From the NCBI GenBank assembly GCA_035403465.1, contig DAONFG010000002.1, positions 123,835 through 187,834 on the forward strand: DNA of 64,000 nt, read 5' to 3'. The DNA comes from Spirochaetota bacterium. Its GTDB lineage: Bacteria; Spirochaetota; UBA4802; UBA5550. A program made the translations under genes and the position numbers. Each line of letters opens with the position of its first letter. Within the stretch, counting starts at the first letter, position 1. The notes beneath the pieces are model-generated. The model ran no database searches. It saw only the letters and a program-made list of their open reading frames with translations, and was not told the DNA's origin. Shown here piece after piece: positions 48,707 to 58,813 of the stretch.

Positions 48707-50569
48707 TCAATCTATATCAATTACAGAGCGTATCCTGGATGCCAGAGTTTCCAGCGAGAATGGTTTCTGTATTAAGTACACCCCTTCAAAAAGGATACCA
48801 TGGTGCGCAATTATATCATCAGTGTAACCCGACATATACAGGCATTTAATGTCCGGCTTGATCCCTGCAATTTTCTCATGCAGAGCCCTGCCGTTTATGC
48901 CGGGGAGAACAACATCAGAGAGAAGCAGGTGAATCTTCCCGCTGTATCCGGCAGCAATAGCTATACCCTCACCGGGGTTTTTCGCTGATAGAACATTGTA
49001 ACCCAGTTTCGTCAGAAGATTAACAGCAAGGTTCAGGACAGACTTTTCATCTTCAACAATAAGTATTGTTTCTTTGCCCCTTATAATCTCCCTCTTTTCA
49101 CTTCTCCTGATTTTTTCTGTATTCTCATCACCATACCTGGGAAGATATATTCTGAATGTAGTGCCGACCCCGGGCTCGCTGTATGCATGTATAAAACCAG
49201 AATTCTGATGAACTATGCCATATACAGTTGCAAGTCCCAGGCCTGTTCCAAGCCCTTCCCCTTTTGTCGTAAAAAACGGTTCAAAGATATTGGCCAGGGT
49301 CTCTCTGTCCATACCGCTGCCCGTATCGCTTACGGTGAGCATTGTATAATCGCCGGGCACAGCACCGGGAATAGCAGATGTATATGATTCATCAACCTCT
49401 GTTGTTGAAGTCTCAATTTTAATTTTGCCCTCATCGCTTATTGCATCACGCGCATTCACGAAAAGGTTAACCAGCACCTGGTCAACCTGCGAAGGATCAA
49501 TCCTGACCTTCCACACGCTGTTGCCGGGACGCCATTCAATAACGATATTCTCACTAATCAGGCGCTTAAGCATCTTCATCATCCCGTTGATCGTGACATT
49601 AAGGTCAAGGGGCACGGGTTTTGCCGCCTGCTTACGCGCAAAGCCGAGAAGCTGGCGAGTCAGGTCAGCTGAACGCAAGCCGGCCGTGTGGATATCTGCA
49701 ATTACACTCTGGTTCGCTTCTGAGATACTGCTGTCTGCAAGAAGCATCTCGGTATTGCCGAGAATAACGCTCAGCATGTTATTGTAATCATGCGCTATAC
49801 CGCCTGCGAGTCTCCCTATCGATTCCATTTTCTGCACTTGTAAAAGCTGATCCTGCAGCTTTTCCCTTTCGCCTTCCGAGCGCCTTCGCTCTGTTATTTC
49901 ATGCTCAAGTGAAAAGTTAATCCTGTGCAGCTCTTCGCTCTCCTTCATCAGCTTTTCACTGAGCCCTTTTTCACGATGGAACGAGTTGTCCAGCCTGTTA
50001 AGCAGAATGCTCACAGGAAGGCTTGATGCCAGTGAAAGAAACGACATATTTACAATAAACATGATCCTGCCCATTACCGGCTCACTGTAAGTAGAAGTCC
50101 ATGAATCAAGTTTTAAAAATTCCGAGAAACACATAATTGAAAGCATGATCGCATTGAACCCTACAGTGATAAATGCTGCAGGGGTCCTGAAAATAAGCGA
50201 TGCGGTAACCGCGCTGAATATAAGCCATCCCGGCCCGAAAGACGCTGGTCCGAAATATACAAGATGCATAACAAGGAGAGTATATACTAACACAAAGAGC
50301 ATTACTTTTTTAGGGAAGATTTCAGGCTTAATAAAAAATACCGCTGTAATAATTATTATTACGCTATCCATGAATATAACAACGTAGTTCCCGGTCGCGA
50401 TAAGTACCGGAAGCCCCACGAGCAAACCTGCAGGTACAAGTATAATCGACAGAATAAACATGAGGTCTACGTAATAGATCCTCCAATCCTCAAGGTCACG
50501 CAAATCACCAGTAATCCTTATGAACTTCGGGACCGCGATGTGTTTTTTAACTGAGCGGAAAATATTCAC
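48707..50569 (-). CDS. hybrid sensor histidine kinase/response regulator with multi-TM sensor domain
   Basis: About 6 N-terminal TM helices, a coiled coil, the HisKA H-box ([20 protein letters not shown]), HATPase_c (G-boxes GLGLATV), and a C-terminal REC ([12 protein letters not shown]…[13 protein letters not shown]). Confidence 0.85.
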   Translation of the reverse strand: MNIFRSVKKHIAVPKFIRITGDLRDLEDWRIYYVDLMFILSIILVPAGLLVGLPVLIATGNYVVIFMDSVIIIITAVFFIKPEIFPKKVMLFVLVYTLLVMHLVYFGPASFGPGWLIFSAVTASLIFRTPAAFITVGFNAIMLSIMCFSEFLKLDSWTSTYSEPVMGRIMFIVNMSFLSLASSLPVSILLNRLDNSFHREKGLSEKLMKESEELHRINFSLEHEITERRRSEGEREKLQDQLLQVQKMESIGRLAGGIAHDYNNMLSVILGNTEMLLADSSISEANQSVIADIHTAGLRSADLTRQLLGFARKQAAKPVPLDLNVTINGMMKMLKRLISENIVIEWRPGNSVWKVRIDPSQVDQVLVNLFVNARDAISDEGKIKIETSTTEVDESYTSAIPGAVPGDYTMLTVSDTGSGMDRETLANIFEPFFTTKGEGLGTGLGLATVYGIVHQNSGFIHAYSEPGVGTTFRIYLPRYGDENTEKIRRSEKREIIRGKETILIVEDEKSVLNLAVNLLTKLGYNVLSAKNPGEGIAIAAGYSGKIHLLLSDVVLPGINGRALHEKIAGIKPDIKCLYMSGYTDDIIAHHGILFEGVYLIQKPFSLETLASRIRSVIDID

Positions 50570-50752
50570 CTGATACTACCCTGTACCCCGGAGGAATTGT
50601 GTTTATTAAATCCTGATATTATCAATAATTTGTGCTGTATAAAACAGATCTGGCTCAAACTGTATATATTATCGGTTTTTTTATGCTGCCGGGGATTAAA
50701 AATTTACACGGGATAGAATCTGCTGTATTTTTCAGGAAAGCAGGAGGTTTTC

Positions 50753-51061
50753 ATGAGAAGCAGAATTACAGGATTTATCATAACTCTTCTGGTAGTAGCG
50801 ATACCTGCAGGTTTTGTCTGGTCTTCAGGAAAGGGGTGCCAGGTCTTCGGTAAAATCAAGTTTGTTGAATATGGTGAAGACTATAAGGTTAAGATTGTCA
50901 GCTACGGAGAGGATATCAAGGTTAAAATTGTCGATTACGGCGAAGACAGTTACGGGAAGTGGAAAATTGTCGAGTATGGCGAGAAGTACAAGGTTAAAAT
51001 CGTAGATTACGGCGAAGATTTCAAGGTGAAGTATGTTGAATATGGCGAGGGGTGTGATTGA
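50753..51061 (+). CDS. small secreted protein made of six ~11-aa tandem repeats (K-I/V-V-x-YGED-x-KV)
   Basis: 102 aa with a signal peptide (GFIITLLVVAIPAGFVWS), then KIKFVEYGEDYKV / KIVSYGEDIKV / KIVDYGEDSYGKW / KIVEYGEKYKV / KIVDYGEDFKV / KYVEYGEG. Cys residues bracket the repeat array. The DNA shows the matching 33-nt periodicity. Confidence 0.55.
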   Translation: MRSRITGFIITLLVVAIPAGFVWSSGKGCQVFGKIKFVEYGEDYKVKIVSYGEDIKVKIVDYGEDSYGKWKIVEYGEKYKVKIVDYGEDFKVKYVEYGEGCD

Positions 51062-51259
51062 GCATAAGTCTGCATAAATATACCGGATTGATTGAGCGAT
51101 CCGGTATAAACCATTTATATTATTCCATAACGCCTGATCACAGCCCGATTACCAAATTTATACAGCTCCAGTCTGTTTATAAAATAGTTGCAACATCCCG
51201 TTAAATTGTTTAAATGACATATACTCAGCAGTTGCGACAATCAAACTTATGGTTAACTA

Positions 51260-53086
51260 ATGGATAGGACACTATTTAAACAGCTGCTTATCAACACCTC
51301 CATACTGATACTTATTATTTCAGGTATATCTCTTTTTGCTTCGCAGCCTGTACTTGATTCAAAAGTCCCGGTATCGCTTGTTGCCGCTGCAGGTGAAACC
51401 CTCACCTTCCCGGTCACTATATCAATCCCGGATGGATCATACATATATGCAAATCCAAAGGGCCCTGGAATCGGGAAGTCCACGACACTTGAATTTAAAC
51501 TTCCGCAAGGCATCAGGCTTGTGCAGATAAATTACCCTTCAGGTGAAAAGTATACTCCCGCAGGCTTCGATGACCATGTTATCATCTGGAAAAAAAATGC
51601 CGTAATAAACGTCACGCTGTATGTTGAACCTGGCGTTAAACCGGATCAATACCGGATCGCTCTTAACGTAAACATGCTGCAGTGCAGGGATGTCTGCATA
51701 CCTTTTGACCGCGACTATAATATTAATGTAACCGTATCCGGAAAGTCTTCCGGAATGAGCAGCATCGTTGATAATAATCCCCCTCACGGCGGCAATTTAA
51801 CGTTAAATAAAACGCCGGACTCCCGGGTGGATCTTCCCCCTGAATTTTCACAACTTTCGCCGGTCTGCATAGACAAAAAAATCACCGGAATAATACAGGC
51901 TATTCTGCTTGGGATAATTGCCGGATTCATACTTAACCTTATGCCATGCGTACTCCCCGTTGTAAGCCTCAAGGTAATGGCTCTCATACACCACAAAGAG
52001 GCAGGCGACAGGCAGAGCCAGAGAAACCATGGACTGTTATTCTCAGCAGGCATAATAACAAGCTTTCTCCTGCTTGCAACGCTTGCCGCATTTTCAGGTT
52101 ACAAGTGGGGAGGCCTGTTTCAGCAGAAATTTTTTGTTGCAGGCATGTCTGTTTTTGTATTTACAATGGCACTGTCGCTCTTTGGTGTATTCACAATTAA
52201 TATCCCGGGATTCGCAGGCAGGGCTGCATCACGGCCCGGTTCAGGTTATTCCGATTCGTTCATAAAGGGTATACTTGCAACACTGCTGGCAACTCCCTGC
52301 AGCGGGCCTTTCCTTGGCGGCGTGCTCGCATGGGCTTTCATCCAGCCGGCTTATGTTATCTTCATAATATTTGCATCTGTTGGATTGGGTATGGCGCTGC
52401 CGTATATACTTGTTGCCATGGTTCCGGCTCTTGCACGATTTGTTCCACGGGCCGGAACATGGATGAACACACTTGAAGTCGTCATGGGGTTTTTCCTTGT
52501 ATTCACATCGGTCTACCTTATATCATTCCTTGGGCACGACAGCGCAGTCTCAACGATGGTCTTTATGATTTTTGTTTCAATGGGGCTGTGGCAATACGGG
52601 AAGTTCGGGAGTATTGCGAACAGCTCCCGTTCACGTGCCGTTTCAGCAGCCATTCTTGCATCTCTTGTTACATCAGGTCTGTTTGTATCTTTTTTCCTGC
52701 TTGCACCTGCTGAAAACGGGGTAGAAAAAGTCAAGTTCAGCATTGAACAGCTTAAGGAAAACAGGGATTCAGGGAAAATATCAGTCATAAGTTTTACAGC
52801 TGACTGGTGCCCCAACTGCAAGCTCGTTGAGAAGACTGCCCTTAACACCAGGAAGGTCCGGGGAATATTTGCCGATAAATCAGTCGAATTCATGGTAGCA
52901 GATATCACACAGAAAAATTTACCTGCAGAAGAGGTTATGTCCAGGCTTGGAAGCAACTCAATCCCTTTCCTTGTTGTTTTCCCCCCGGGAGAAGGATTTA
53001 TTAAACCTGTATGTCTGCGGGACATCTATTCCGCTGACGATGTCGAGAGTGCCGTTGAAATGGTTAAACAATACATTGATAAATAG
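51260..53086 (+). CDS. dsbD: thiol:disulfide interchange protein DsbD (protein-disulfide reductase)
   Basis: N-terminal periplasmic domain with a Cys pair (LQCRDVCIP), a central CcdA-like TM domain (LNLMPCVLPVVSL…ATPCSGPFLG) and a C-terminal thioredoxin domain (TADWCPNCK). Confidence 0.85.
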   Translation: MDRTLFKQLLINTSILILIISGISLFASQPVLDSKVPVSLVAAAGETLTFPVTISIPDGSYIYANPKGPGIGKSTTLEFKLPQGIRLVQINYPSGEKYTPAGFDDHVIIWKKNAVINVTLYVEPGVKPDQYRIALNVNMLQCRDVCIPFDRDYNINVTVSGKSSGMSSIVDNNPPHGGNLTLNKTPDSRVDLPPEFSQLSPVCIDKKITGIIQAILLGIIAGFILNLMPCVLPVVSLKVMALIHHKEAGDRQSQRNHGLLFSAGIITSFLLLATLAAFSGYKWGGLFQQKFFVAGMSVFVFTMALSLFGVFTINIPGFAGRAASRPGSGYSDSFIKGILATLLATPCSGPFLGGVLAWAFIQPAYVIFIIFASVGLGMALPYILVAMVPALARFVPRAGTWMNTLEVVMGFFLVFTSVYLISFLGHDSAVSTMVFMIFVSMGLWQYGKFGSIANSSRSRAVSAAILASLVTSGLFVSFFLLAPAENGVEKVKFSIEQLKENRDSGKISVISFTADWCPNCKLVEKTALNTRKVRGIFADKSVEFMVADITQKNLPAEEVMSRLGSNSIPFLVVFPPGEGFIKPVCLRDIYSADDVESAVEMVKQYIDK

Positions 53087-53095
53087 AGGTTCTGT

Positions 53096-53932
53096 ATGTC
53101 CGAACAGGAAAGTCACCTCATAGACGACCTGAGCAACCAGAAAGCGTTCTTTATTGATATGGACGGCGTCATCAACAAGGGAAACGCTCTGATACCCGGG
53201 GCAAAAGAATTCGTTGACCGGCTGAAAACCGGAAACCATAAATTTCTCTTTATAACAAATAACTCTTATTACACAGCATCCAACCTTCGTGACCGTCTTG
53301 CGTCCATGGGTCTTGATGCCAATGAACACTCATTCTTCACATCAGCCATGTCCATGGCGAACTTTCTTGAAAATCAGAACTACGGCTGCAGCGCCTATGT
53401 CATAGGCGGGCCCGGATTGAAGCAGGAACTTGAAACTGCAGGTGTACGCATTACAAAAGAAAATCCGGATTATGTAATCGTCGGCGAAACTGAGGAATAC
53501 GACTACATGAGTATAATCGAGGCCACTCACCTTATACAGGAAGGAGCTAAATTCATTGCAACGAATCAGGACATAACCGGCCCAACCCCGCGCGGGCCTG
53601 TCCCTGCATGCGGGGCCCTTGTTGCACCCATTGAAAGGGTAACCGGTGTAAAGGCATATTTTCTGGGAAAACCAAACCCGGTAATGATGTACTGGGCCAG
53701 GAAGAAACTGAAAGTTCACACACGGAACTCATTTATGATAGGAGACCGCATGGACACTGACATAGTGGGGGGACTTGAGGCCGGCATGACGTGCTGCCTG
53801 GTGCTCACGGGTGTTACCTCGCGCAACTCCCTGAAAAAATTCCCTTACCAGCCAGATTACATATTCGAAACCGTTGCGCAGATCGATCCTGACAGGATAC
53901 TCTCCAAATGGGACAGGAGATGCAGGAAGTAA
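53096..53932 (+). CDS. HAD-IIA family hydrolase (NagD-like sugar phosphatase)
   Basis: Motif I FFIDMDGVI and motif IV GDRMDTDIVGG. The length is typical of HAD-IIA. Confidence 0.8.
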   Translation: MSEQESHLIDDLSNQKAFFIDMDGVINKGNALIPGAKEFVDRLKTGNHKFLFITNNSYYTASNLRDRLASMGLDANEHSFFTSAMSMANFLENQNYGCSAYVIGGPGLKQELETAGVRITKENPDYVIVGETEEYDYMSIIEATHLIQEGAKFIATNQDITGPTPRGPVPACGALVAPIERVTGVKAYFLGKPNPVMMYWARKKLKVHTRNSFMIGDRMDTDIVGGLEAGMTCCLVLTGVTSRNSLKKFPYQPDYIFETVAQIDPDRILSKWDRRCRK

Positions 53933-54181
53933 ATTCTTCGACATGAAACTCATGTTCCGGATGTGACCCATAAAGATAAAATACCCGCACTTGCCAATAT
54001 CTCATTGACATTAATCGCAACTCTCCATTTATTTAAATCACAGTGATAATTCTATAACCTTTATTGGCATAATTATTTTATTAACCGCTCCTCATTTAGC
54101 GAAAATAATATTTTAATATGCATATAATAAGTTATAAGTTTATTTCTGAAAAATACAAAGTCATTAACCAGGAGGAGTTAA

Positions 54182-55342
54182 ATGAAAAGGTTACTCGCAA
54201 TACTGTTTTCAATAATGCTTCTTTTCACCATGGCATGCGGAAAAGGTGATACTGTAAAAATCGGGTTCATGGGCCCCATGACCGGCGGTGACAGCAACTA
54301 CGGCAAGCTCATGAGCCAGGCTGTAAAAATTGCTGTTGAGGAATTTAACGCACAGGGCGGTGTTTTAGGGTACAATGTTGAACTTATAATCGAAGATGAC
54401 CAGGGATCTGTTGAAAAAGGAAATCCTGCCATCGAAAAACTTGCAGGCATAGATAAGGTTTATGGAATTATCGGTGCTGTATTCAGTTCTGTATCACTCG
54501 CCATTGCGCCTAAAGCGGAAGCTTCAAAAATCGTAATGATATCACCTTCATCAACACATAAAGACCTTCCTGACAAGGGAGAATTTATTTTCAGGGATGT
54601 AATTAATGACTCAATGCAGGCTATAGTTTTCGCAAAATACCTCTACCAGGTTGAAAAGACAAACTCCGTTGCGATACTCTATGTAAAGAACGATTACAGC
54701 CAGGGCCTTGCAATGGATTTTAAAACCCAGTTCGAAAAAGAGGGGGGCAAGGTTGTTGCGATGGAATCAGGCCTCAAAGGCGACAAAGACTTCAAGACCC
54801 AGCTGACAAAAATCAAGGGTCTCAGCCCGAAAGCCCTCTACATACCAAACTATGTTGAAGAGATCGCGCAGATTATTGAGCAGGCAAAACAGCTTGGAAT
54901 AACAGCAAAAATCTACAGCGCTGACGGATTCTCCAATCCTAAAATTTTTGAACTTGCTCCAAAATCCGCGAACGGCATAATCTTTACACAGATCGCCGAA
55001 AACCGCAGCCAGGTTAAAAAGGATTTTATAACCAAATACAAAACAAAATTCGGCGAAGACCCGGACATCTTTGCGCTTAATTCATACGACGGCGCGAGGA
55101 TACTTATGAATGCCATCAAACAGGCGGCTGAAATCAAGGACAAAAAGCTTGTAATCGACAGGGACAAGGTAAGATCAATCGTTGCTGCTACAAAAGATTT
55201 TGATGGAGCATCAGGAAAGATCACATTCACAGCCAACGGCGACCTTGTGGCCAACATAGGAATCTGGACTTCAGAAAACAACCAGTACAAACAGATCAAG
55301 GCATATAAGCTTGAAAACGACAAGATCATTGAAATCAAATAA
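54182..55342 (+). CDS. branched-chain amino acid ABC transporter substrate-binding lipoprotein
   Basis: Lipobox LLFTMAC and a type I periplasmic-binding fold (KIGFMGPMTGGDSNYG…). It is the first gene of a five-gene liv-type operon. SD AGGAGG. Confidence 0.85.
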   Translation: MKRLLAILFSIMLLFTMACGKGDTVKIGFMGPMTGGDSNYGKLMSQAVKIAVEEFNAQGGVLGYNVELIIEDDQGSVEKGNPAIEKLAGIDKVYGIIGAVFSSVSLAIAPKAEASKIVMISPSSTHKDLPDKGEFIFRDVINDSMQAIVFAKYLYQVEKTNSVAILYVKNDYSQGLAMDFKTQFEKEGGKVVAMESGLKGDKDFKTQLTKIKGLSPKALYIPNYVEEIAQIIEQAKQLGITAKIYSADGFSNPKIFELAPKSANGIIFTQIAENRSQVKKDFITKYKTKFGEDPDIFALNSYDGARILMNAIKQAAEIKDKKLVIDRDKVRSIVAATKDFDGASGKITFTANGDLVANIGIWTSENNQYKQIKAYKLENDKIIEIK

Positions 55343-55405
55343 TGATCATACCAGCCGCGGAAATACCGCGGCTGGTTTTTATACATGCAGTTCAGGATGT
55401 AACTG

Positions 55406-56338
55406 ATGAATCTTTTTAATATACCGGCTAACGAACTTCTTCAGCATATACTTAACGGCCTCACCCTCGGTGCGATCTATTCACTGATTGCCCTTGGTTA
55501 CACGATGGTCTACGGCATTCTTAAGTTTATCAATTTTGCCCACGGTGAAATATTCATGCTTGGTGCATATTCAGGTTATTATCTGTACTATTATCTCTGT
55601 ACGCCGGACCAGGGTGGAAGCTGGGTCATGATATCTTTTATTCTCTCTGTTCTCTTCGCCATGATTTTAAGCGCGGTTATCGGGATGCTTATCGAGCGTA
55701 TTGCATACCGCCCGCTGCGCAGGGCTCCAAGGCTTGCACCGCTGCTGAGCGCGATCGGGGTATCAATAATATTGATGAATCTTGCAGCCCTTGCTTTCGG
55801 CACAGAACCCAAAAACTTCAGCTACCCCTTTGACAATTCAGTCATAAACATGGGAACCACCAGCATAACACCAAACCAGATAATGATACTCGCGGTTGGC
55901 CTTATAATGATGGCGGGGCTGAAGCTCTTTGTCGACCGGACAAAACTGGGAAAGGCAATGCGCGCCACAAGCCAGAACCAGAACGTGGCTTCGCTCATGG
56001 GAATAAACGTTAACGTTATTATATCACTCACCTTTGCCATAGGATCTGCCCTGGCCGCTGTTGCAGGCGTGCTCATCGCTATGGAATACAAGGTCTACCC
56101 GTCAATGGGCCAGATGGCCGGGCTCAAGGCATTCATTGCCGCAGTTGTCGGCGGAATAGGAAACATCAGCGGCGCCATGATCGGCGGGATTCTGCTTGGA
56201 CTACTCGAAACATTCGGTGTGGTTATACTGGGCATACCCCAGGGGATGAAAGACACAATCGCATTCTCCGTGCTCATTATTATACTGCTTGTTAAACCAA
56301 GCGGCATTCTCATCAGGAACATAAGGGAGAAGGTGTAA
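55406..56338 (+). CDS. livH: branched-chain amino acid ABC transporter permease (LivH-like)
   Basis: Multi-TM BPD_transp_2 family with conserved FAHGEIFMLGAY. Confidence 0.85.
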   Translation: MNLFNIPANELLQHILNGLTLGAIYSLIALGYTMVYGILKFINFAHGEIFMLGAYSGYYLYYYLCTPDQGGSWVMISFILSVLFAMILSAVIGMLIERIAYRPLRRAPRLAPLLSAIGVSIILMNLAALAFGTEPKNFSYPFDNSVINMGTTSITPNQIMILAVGLIMMAGLKLFVDRTKLGKAMRATSQNQNVASLMGINVNVIISLTFAIGSALAAVAGVLIAMEYKVYPSMGQMAGLKAFIAAVVGGIGNISGAMIGGILLGLLETFGVVILGIPQGMKDTIAFSVLIIILLVKPSGILIRNIREKV

Positions 56339-57258
56339 TGACCGATTTTTTAATGGTTCTCTTTATCTATATAGGCATATATTCAATCGCCTCACTCGGA
56401 CTTAACCTGATTGTAGGTTACACAGGCCTCCTGTCACTCTGCCAGGCCGCATTCGTGGCAATCGGGGCATACACCACTGCAATAATTATGACTTCTACAG
56501 GTCTTTCATTCTGGTGGGTGCTCCCCGTTGCAGGAATCACTGCGTCGCTCAGCGGTTTGCTCATAGGTATTCCTACGCTGCGACTCAAGGGGGACTACCT
56601 TGCCATTGCCACCCTCGGATTCGGCGAGATCGTCAAGAACCTCATCATAAACTGGGACAGCGTGACAAAGGGCCCCATGGGAATAAACGGCATCCCGGCT
56701 GTAAACCTTTTCGGAATTAAACTTACAATTCTGGATAAGCTCCCATGGATGCTGATTATATGGGGGTTCGTTTTTATCACGTACTATCTTGTACGCAGGA
56801 TCGTCCGGTCCAGGATTGGCCGCGCACTCGAGGCTATACGCGAGGATGAGATCGCGGCTTCTTCAATGGGAATCAACACTGCCAAGTATAAAATCGGCGC
56901 GTTCATCACAGGTTCTTTTTTTGCAGGGATTGCAGGGGGACTTTATGCGGCCTATACACAGGCAGTCGCGCCTAATACCTTTGATTTCATGATGTCGGTT
57001 ATGATCCTGTGCATGATCGTTCTTGGAGGCCTGGGAAGAAATATAGCAGCTGTTGCAGGCGCGGTAATCATTGTCCTGGCCGAATTCACACCCAGGCTCC
57101 TCGGCATATCGAACATCATACCGCCTCAGCTGAACCAGATACTTTTCGGCCTTATCCTGGTCATGATGATGATATACAGGCCCCAGGGACTTATCGGAAG
57201 AAAAAAAATAAACTACGCGGCAATCGTTAAAAAAGAAATACTAAACCTGGAGAAATAA
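56338..57258 (+). CDS. livM: branched-chain amino acid ABC transporter permease (LivM-like)
   Basis: Multi-TM BPD_transp_2 permease. It is translationally coupled to livH by the overlap TAATG. Confidence 0.85.
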   Translation: MTDFLMVLFIYIGIYSIASLGLNLIVGYTGLLSLCQAAFVAIGAYTTAIIMTSTGLSFWWVLPVAGITASLSGLLIGIPTLRLKGDYLAIATLGFGEIVKNLIINWDSVTKGPMGINGIPAVNLFGIKLTILDKLPWMLIIWGFVFITYYLVRRIVRSRIGRALEAIREDEIAASSMGINTAKYKIGAFITGSFFAGIAGGLYAAYTQAVAPNTFDFMMSVMILCMIVLGGLGRNIAAVAGAVIIVLAEFTPRLLGISNIIPPQLNQILFGLILVMMMIYRPQGLIGRKKINYAAIVKKEILNLEK

Positions 57259-57259
57259 A

Positions 57260-58042
57260 GTGCCCCTGCTTTATACAGAAAACCTGAGACGTGAATTCGG
57301 CGGAGTCATTGCCGTATCCGATGTCAGTATCGAGATTCACAAAGGCTCGATTACAGGGCTCATCGGCCCGAACGGTGCAGGCAAAACCACGCTCTTTAAC
57401 ACAATCACAGGGCTGGACTACCCCACAAACGGTTATGTATTTTTTAAAGGTGAGGATATTACCCCGCTCCCCGCATACAAAATAACCAGGAGTGGAATAG
57501 CCCGCACCTTCCAGAACATCCGCCTTTTTAAAGAGTTGACCGTTTTTGAAAACATAATGATCGGCAGGCACTTCAGGGCTAACCATCCTTTTATCATCAA
57601 GAACAGGTTAATAAACTTTATCCTGGGACGCATACTCGTAAAACGCGAAGAACGGGACATATACGAAAATTCAATCAAATGGCTCAACTTCTTTAAACTT
57701 GGCGAGTACCGTGACGAGTACGCAAAAAACCTTCCATATGGAAAACAGCGTGAACTTGAGATAGCCCGCGCGCTTGCAACAGAGCCCGAAGTGATATTTC
57801 TCGATGAACCCGCAGCAGGAATGAATCCCCGCGAAACCGCTGAGCTGATGACGACCATAAAACGCATCCGCGACCTGGGCATAACAGTTGTGCTTATTGA
57901 ACACGACATGAAACTTGTTATGAATATCTGTGACCGTATCATAGTGCTCAATTACGGAAGAAAAATCGCAGAGGGCACACCTGAAGAAGTCCGTAATAAC
58001 AGGGAAGTTATTGAAGCATATTTAGGAAAATCCGATGAATAA
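57260..58042 (+). CDS. livG: branched-chain amino acid ABC transporter ATP-binding protein (LivG-like)
   Basis: Walker A GPNGAGKTT, signature LPYGKQRELEIARALA and Walker B VIFLDEPAAG. Confidence 0.9.
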   Translation: MPLLYTENLRREFGGVIAVSDVSIEIHKGSITGLIGPNGAGKTTLFNTITGLDYPTNGYVFFKGEDITPLPAYKITRSGIARTFQNIRLFKELTVFENIMIGRHFRANHPFIIKNRLINFILGRILVKREERDIYENSIKWLNFFKLGEYRDEYAKNLPYGKQRELEIARALATEPEVIFLDEPAAGMNPRETAELMTTIKRIRDLGITVVLIEHDMKLVMNICDRIIVLNYGRKIAEGTPEEVRNNREVIEAYLGKSDE

Positions 58043-58790
58043 AACAATTCTTCAACTTGATAATGTTCACGTCAGCTACGGCAGCATTGAGGCGCTCAAG
58101 GGCGTGAGTCTCTCCGTTACTGAAGGAGAGATAGTCTGCCTTATCGGCGCAAACGGCGCAGGCAAATCTACACTGCTTAAATCTGTCATGGGCCTTGAAC
58201 CTATCACAGCAGGGGAGATCAGGTTTGACGGTAATATAATCGCAACTGCACACAACAGTGAAACCAAAGGCAAAATCCGGTCAATGCGTACCGACAAAAT
58301 AACAGGCCTTGGATTATCCATGGCTCCTGAAGGCCGCGGCATTTTCCCCGAAATGACAGTTCTTGAAAATCTCGAGATGGGTGCGTTCCTGATTAAAAGC
58401 AAGTCCGAAACAAAACGACGCATCGATGAAAAATACGAAATGTTCCCCATACTGCGCGACAGGAGAAAACAGATGGCAGGATCACTCTCGGGCGGAGAGC
58501 AGCAGATGCTCTCTATTGCCAGGGCACTCATGATATCACCCCGCCTTCTTCTTCTTGATGAACCCGCACTGGGTCTCGCACCGATAATTATAAAAAATAT
58601 ATTCGACATCATTGTAAGGATCAACCGTGAGGAGAATGTGACAATATTTCTTGTTGAACAGAACGCGAAGATGGCACTTGCAATCTCGCACAAGGGATAC
58701 GTCCTGGAAACAGGAAACATTGTTCTTGAGGACGCCAGCAGCAGCCTGCTGCAGAATCCCGGCGTCAAGGCCGCATACCTTGGTGAATAA
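58035..58790 (+). CDS. livF: branched-chain amino acid ABC transporter ATP-binding protein (LivF-like)
   Basis: Walker A GANGAGKST, signature LSGGEQQMLSIARAL and Walker B LLLLDEPALG. Confidence 0.9.
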   Translation: MNKTILQLDNVHVSYGSIEALKGVSLSVTEGEIVCLIGANGAGKSTLLKSVMGLEPITAGEIRFDGNIIATAHNSETKGKIRSMRTDKITGLGLSMAPEGRGIFPEMTVLENLEMGAFLIKSKSETKRRIDEKYEMFPILRDRRKQMAGSLSGGEQQMLSIARALMISPRLLLLDEPALGLAPIIIKNIFDIIVRINREENVTIFLVEQNAKMALAISHKGYVLETGNIVLEDASSSLLQNPGVKAAYLGE

Positions 58791-58813
58791 CATTTAAATT
58801 CTGGAGAACCGAA

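Noticed and set aside
50850-51060. Tandem 33-nt DNA repeats that could be mistaken for a CRISPR-like or VNTR array
   Set aside because: They are in-frame coding repeats of the small YGED-repeat protein. There are no spacer-like unique segments and no cas genes in the window.
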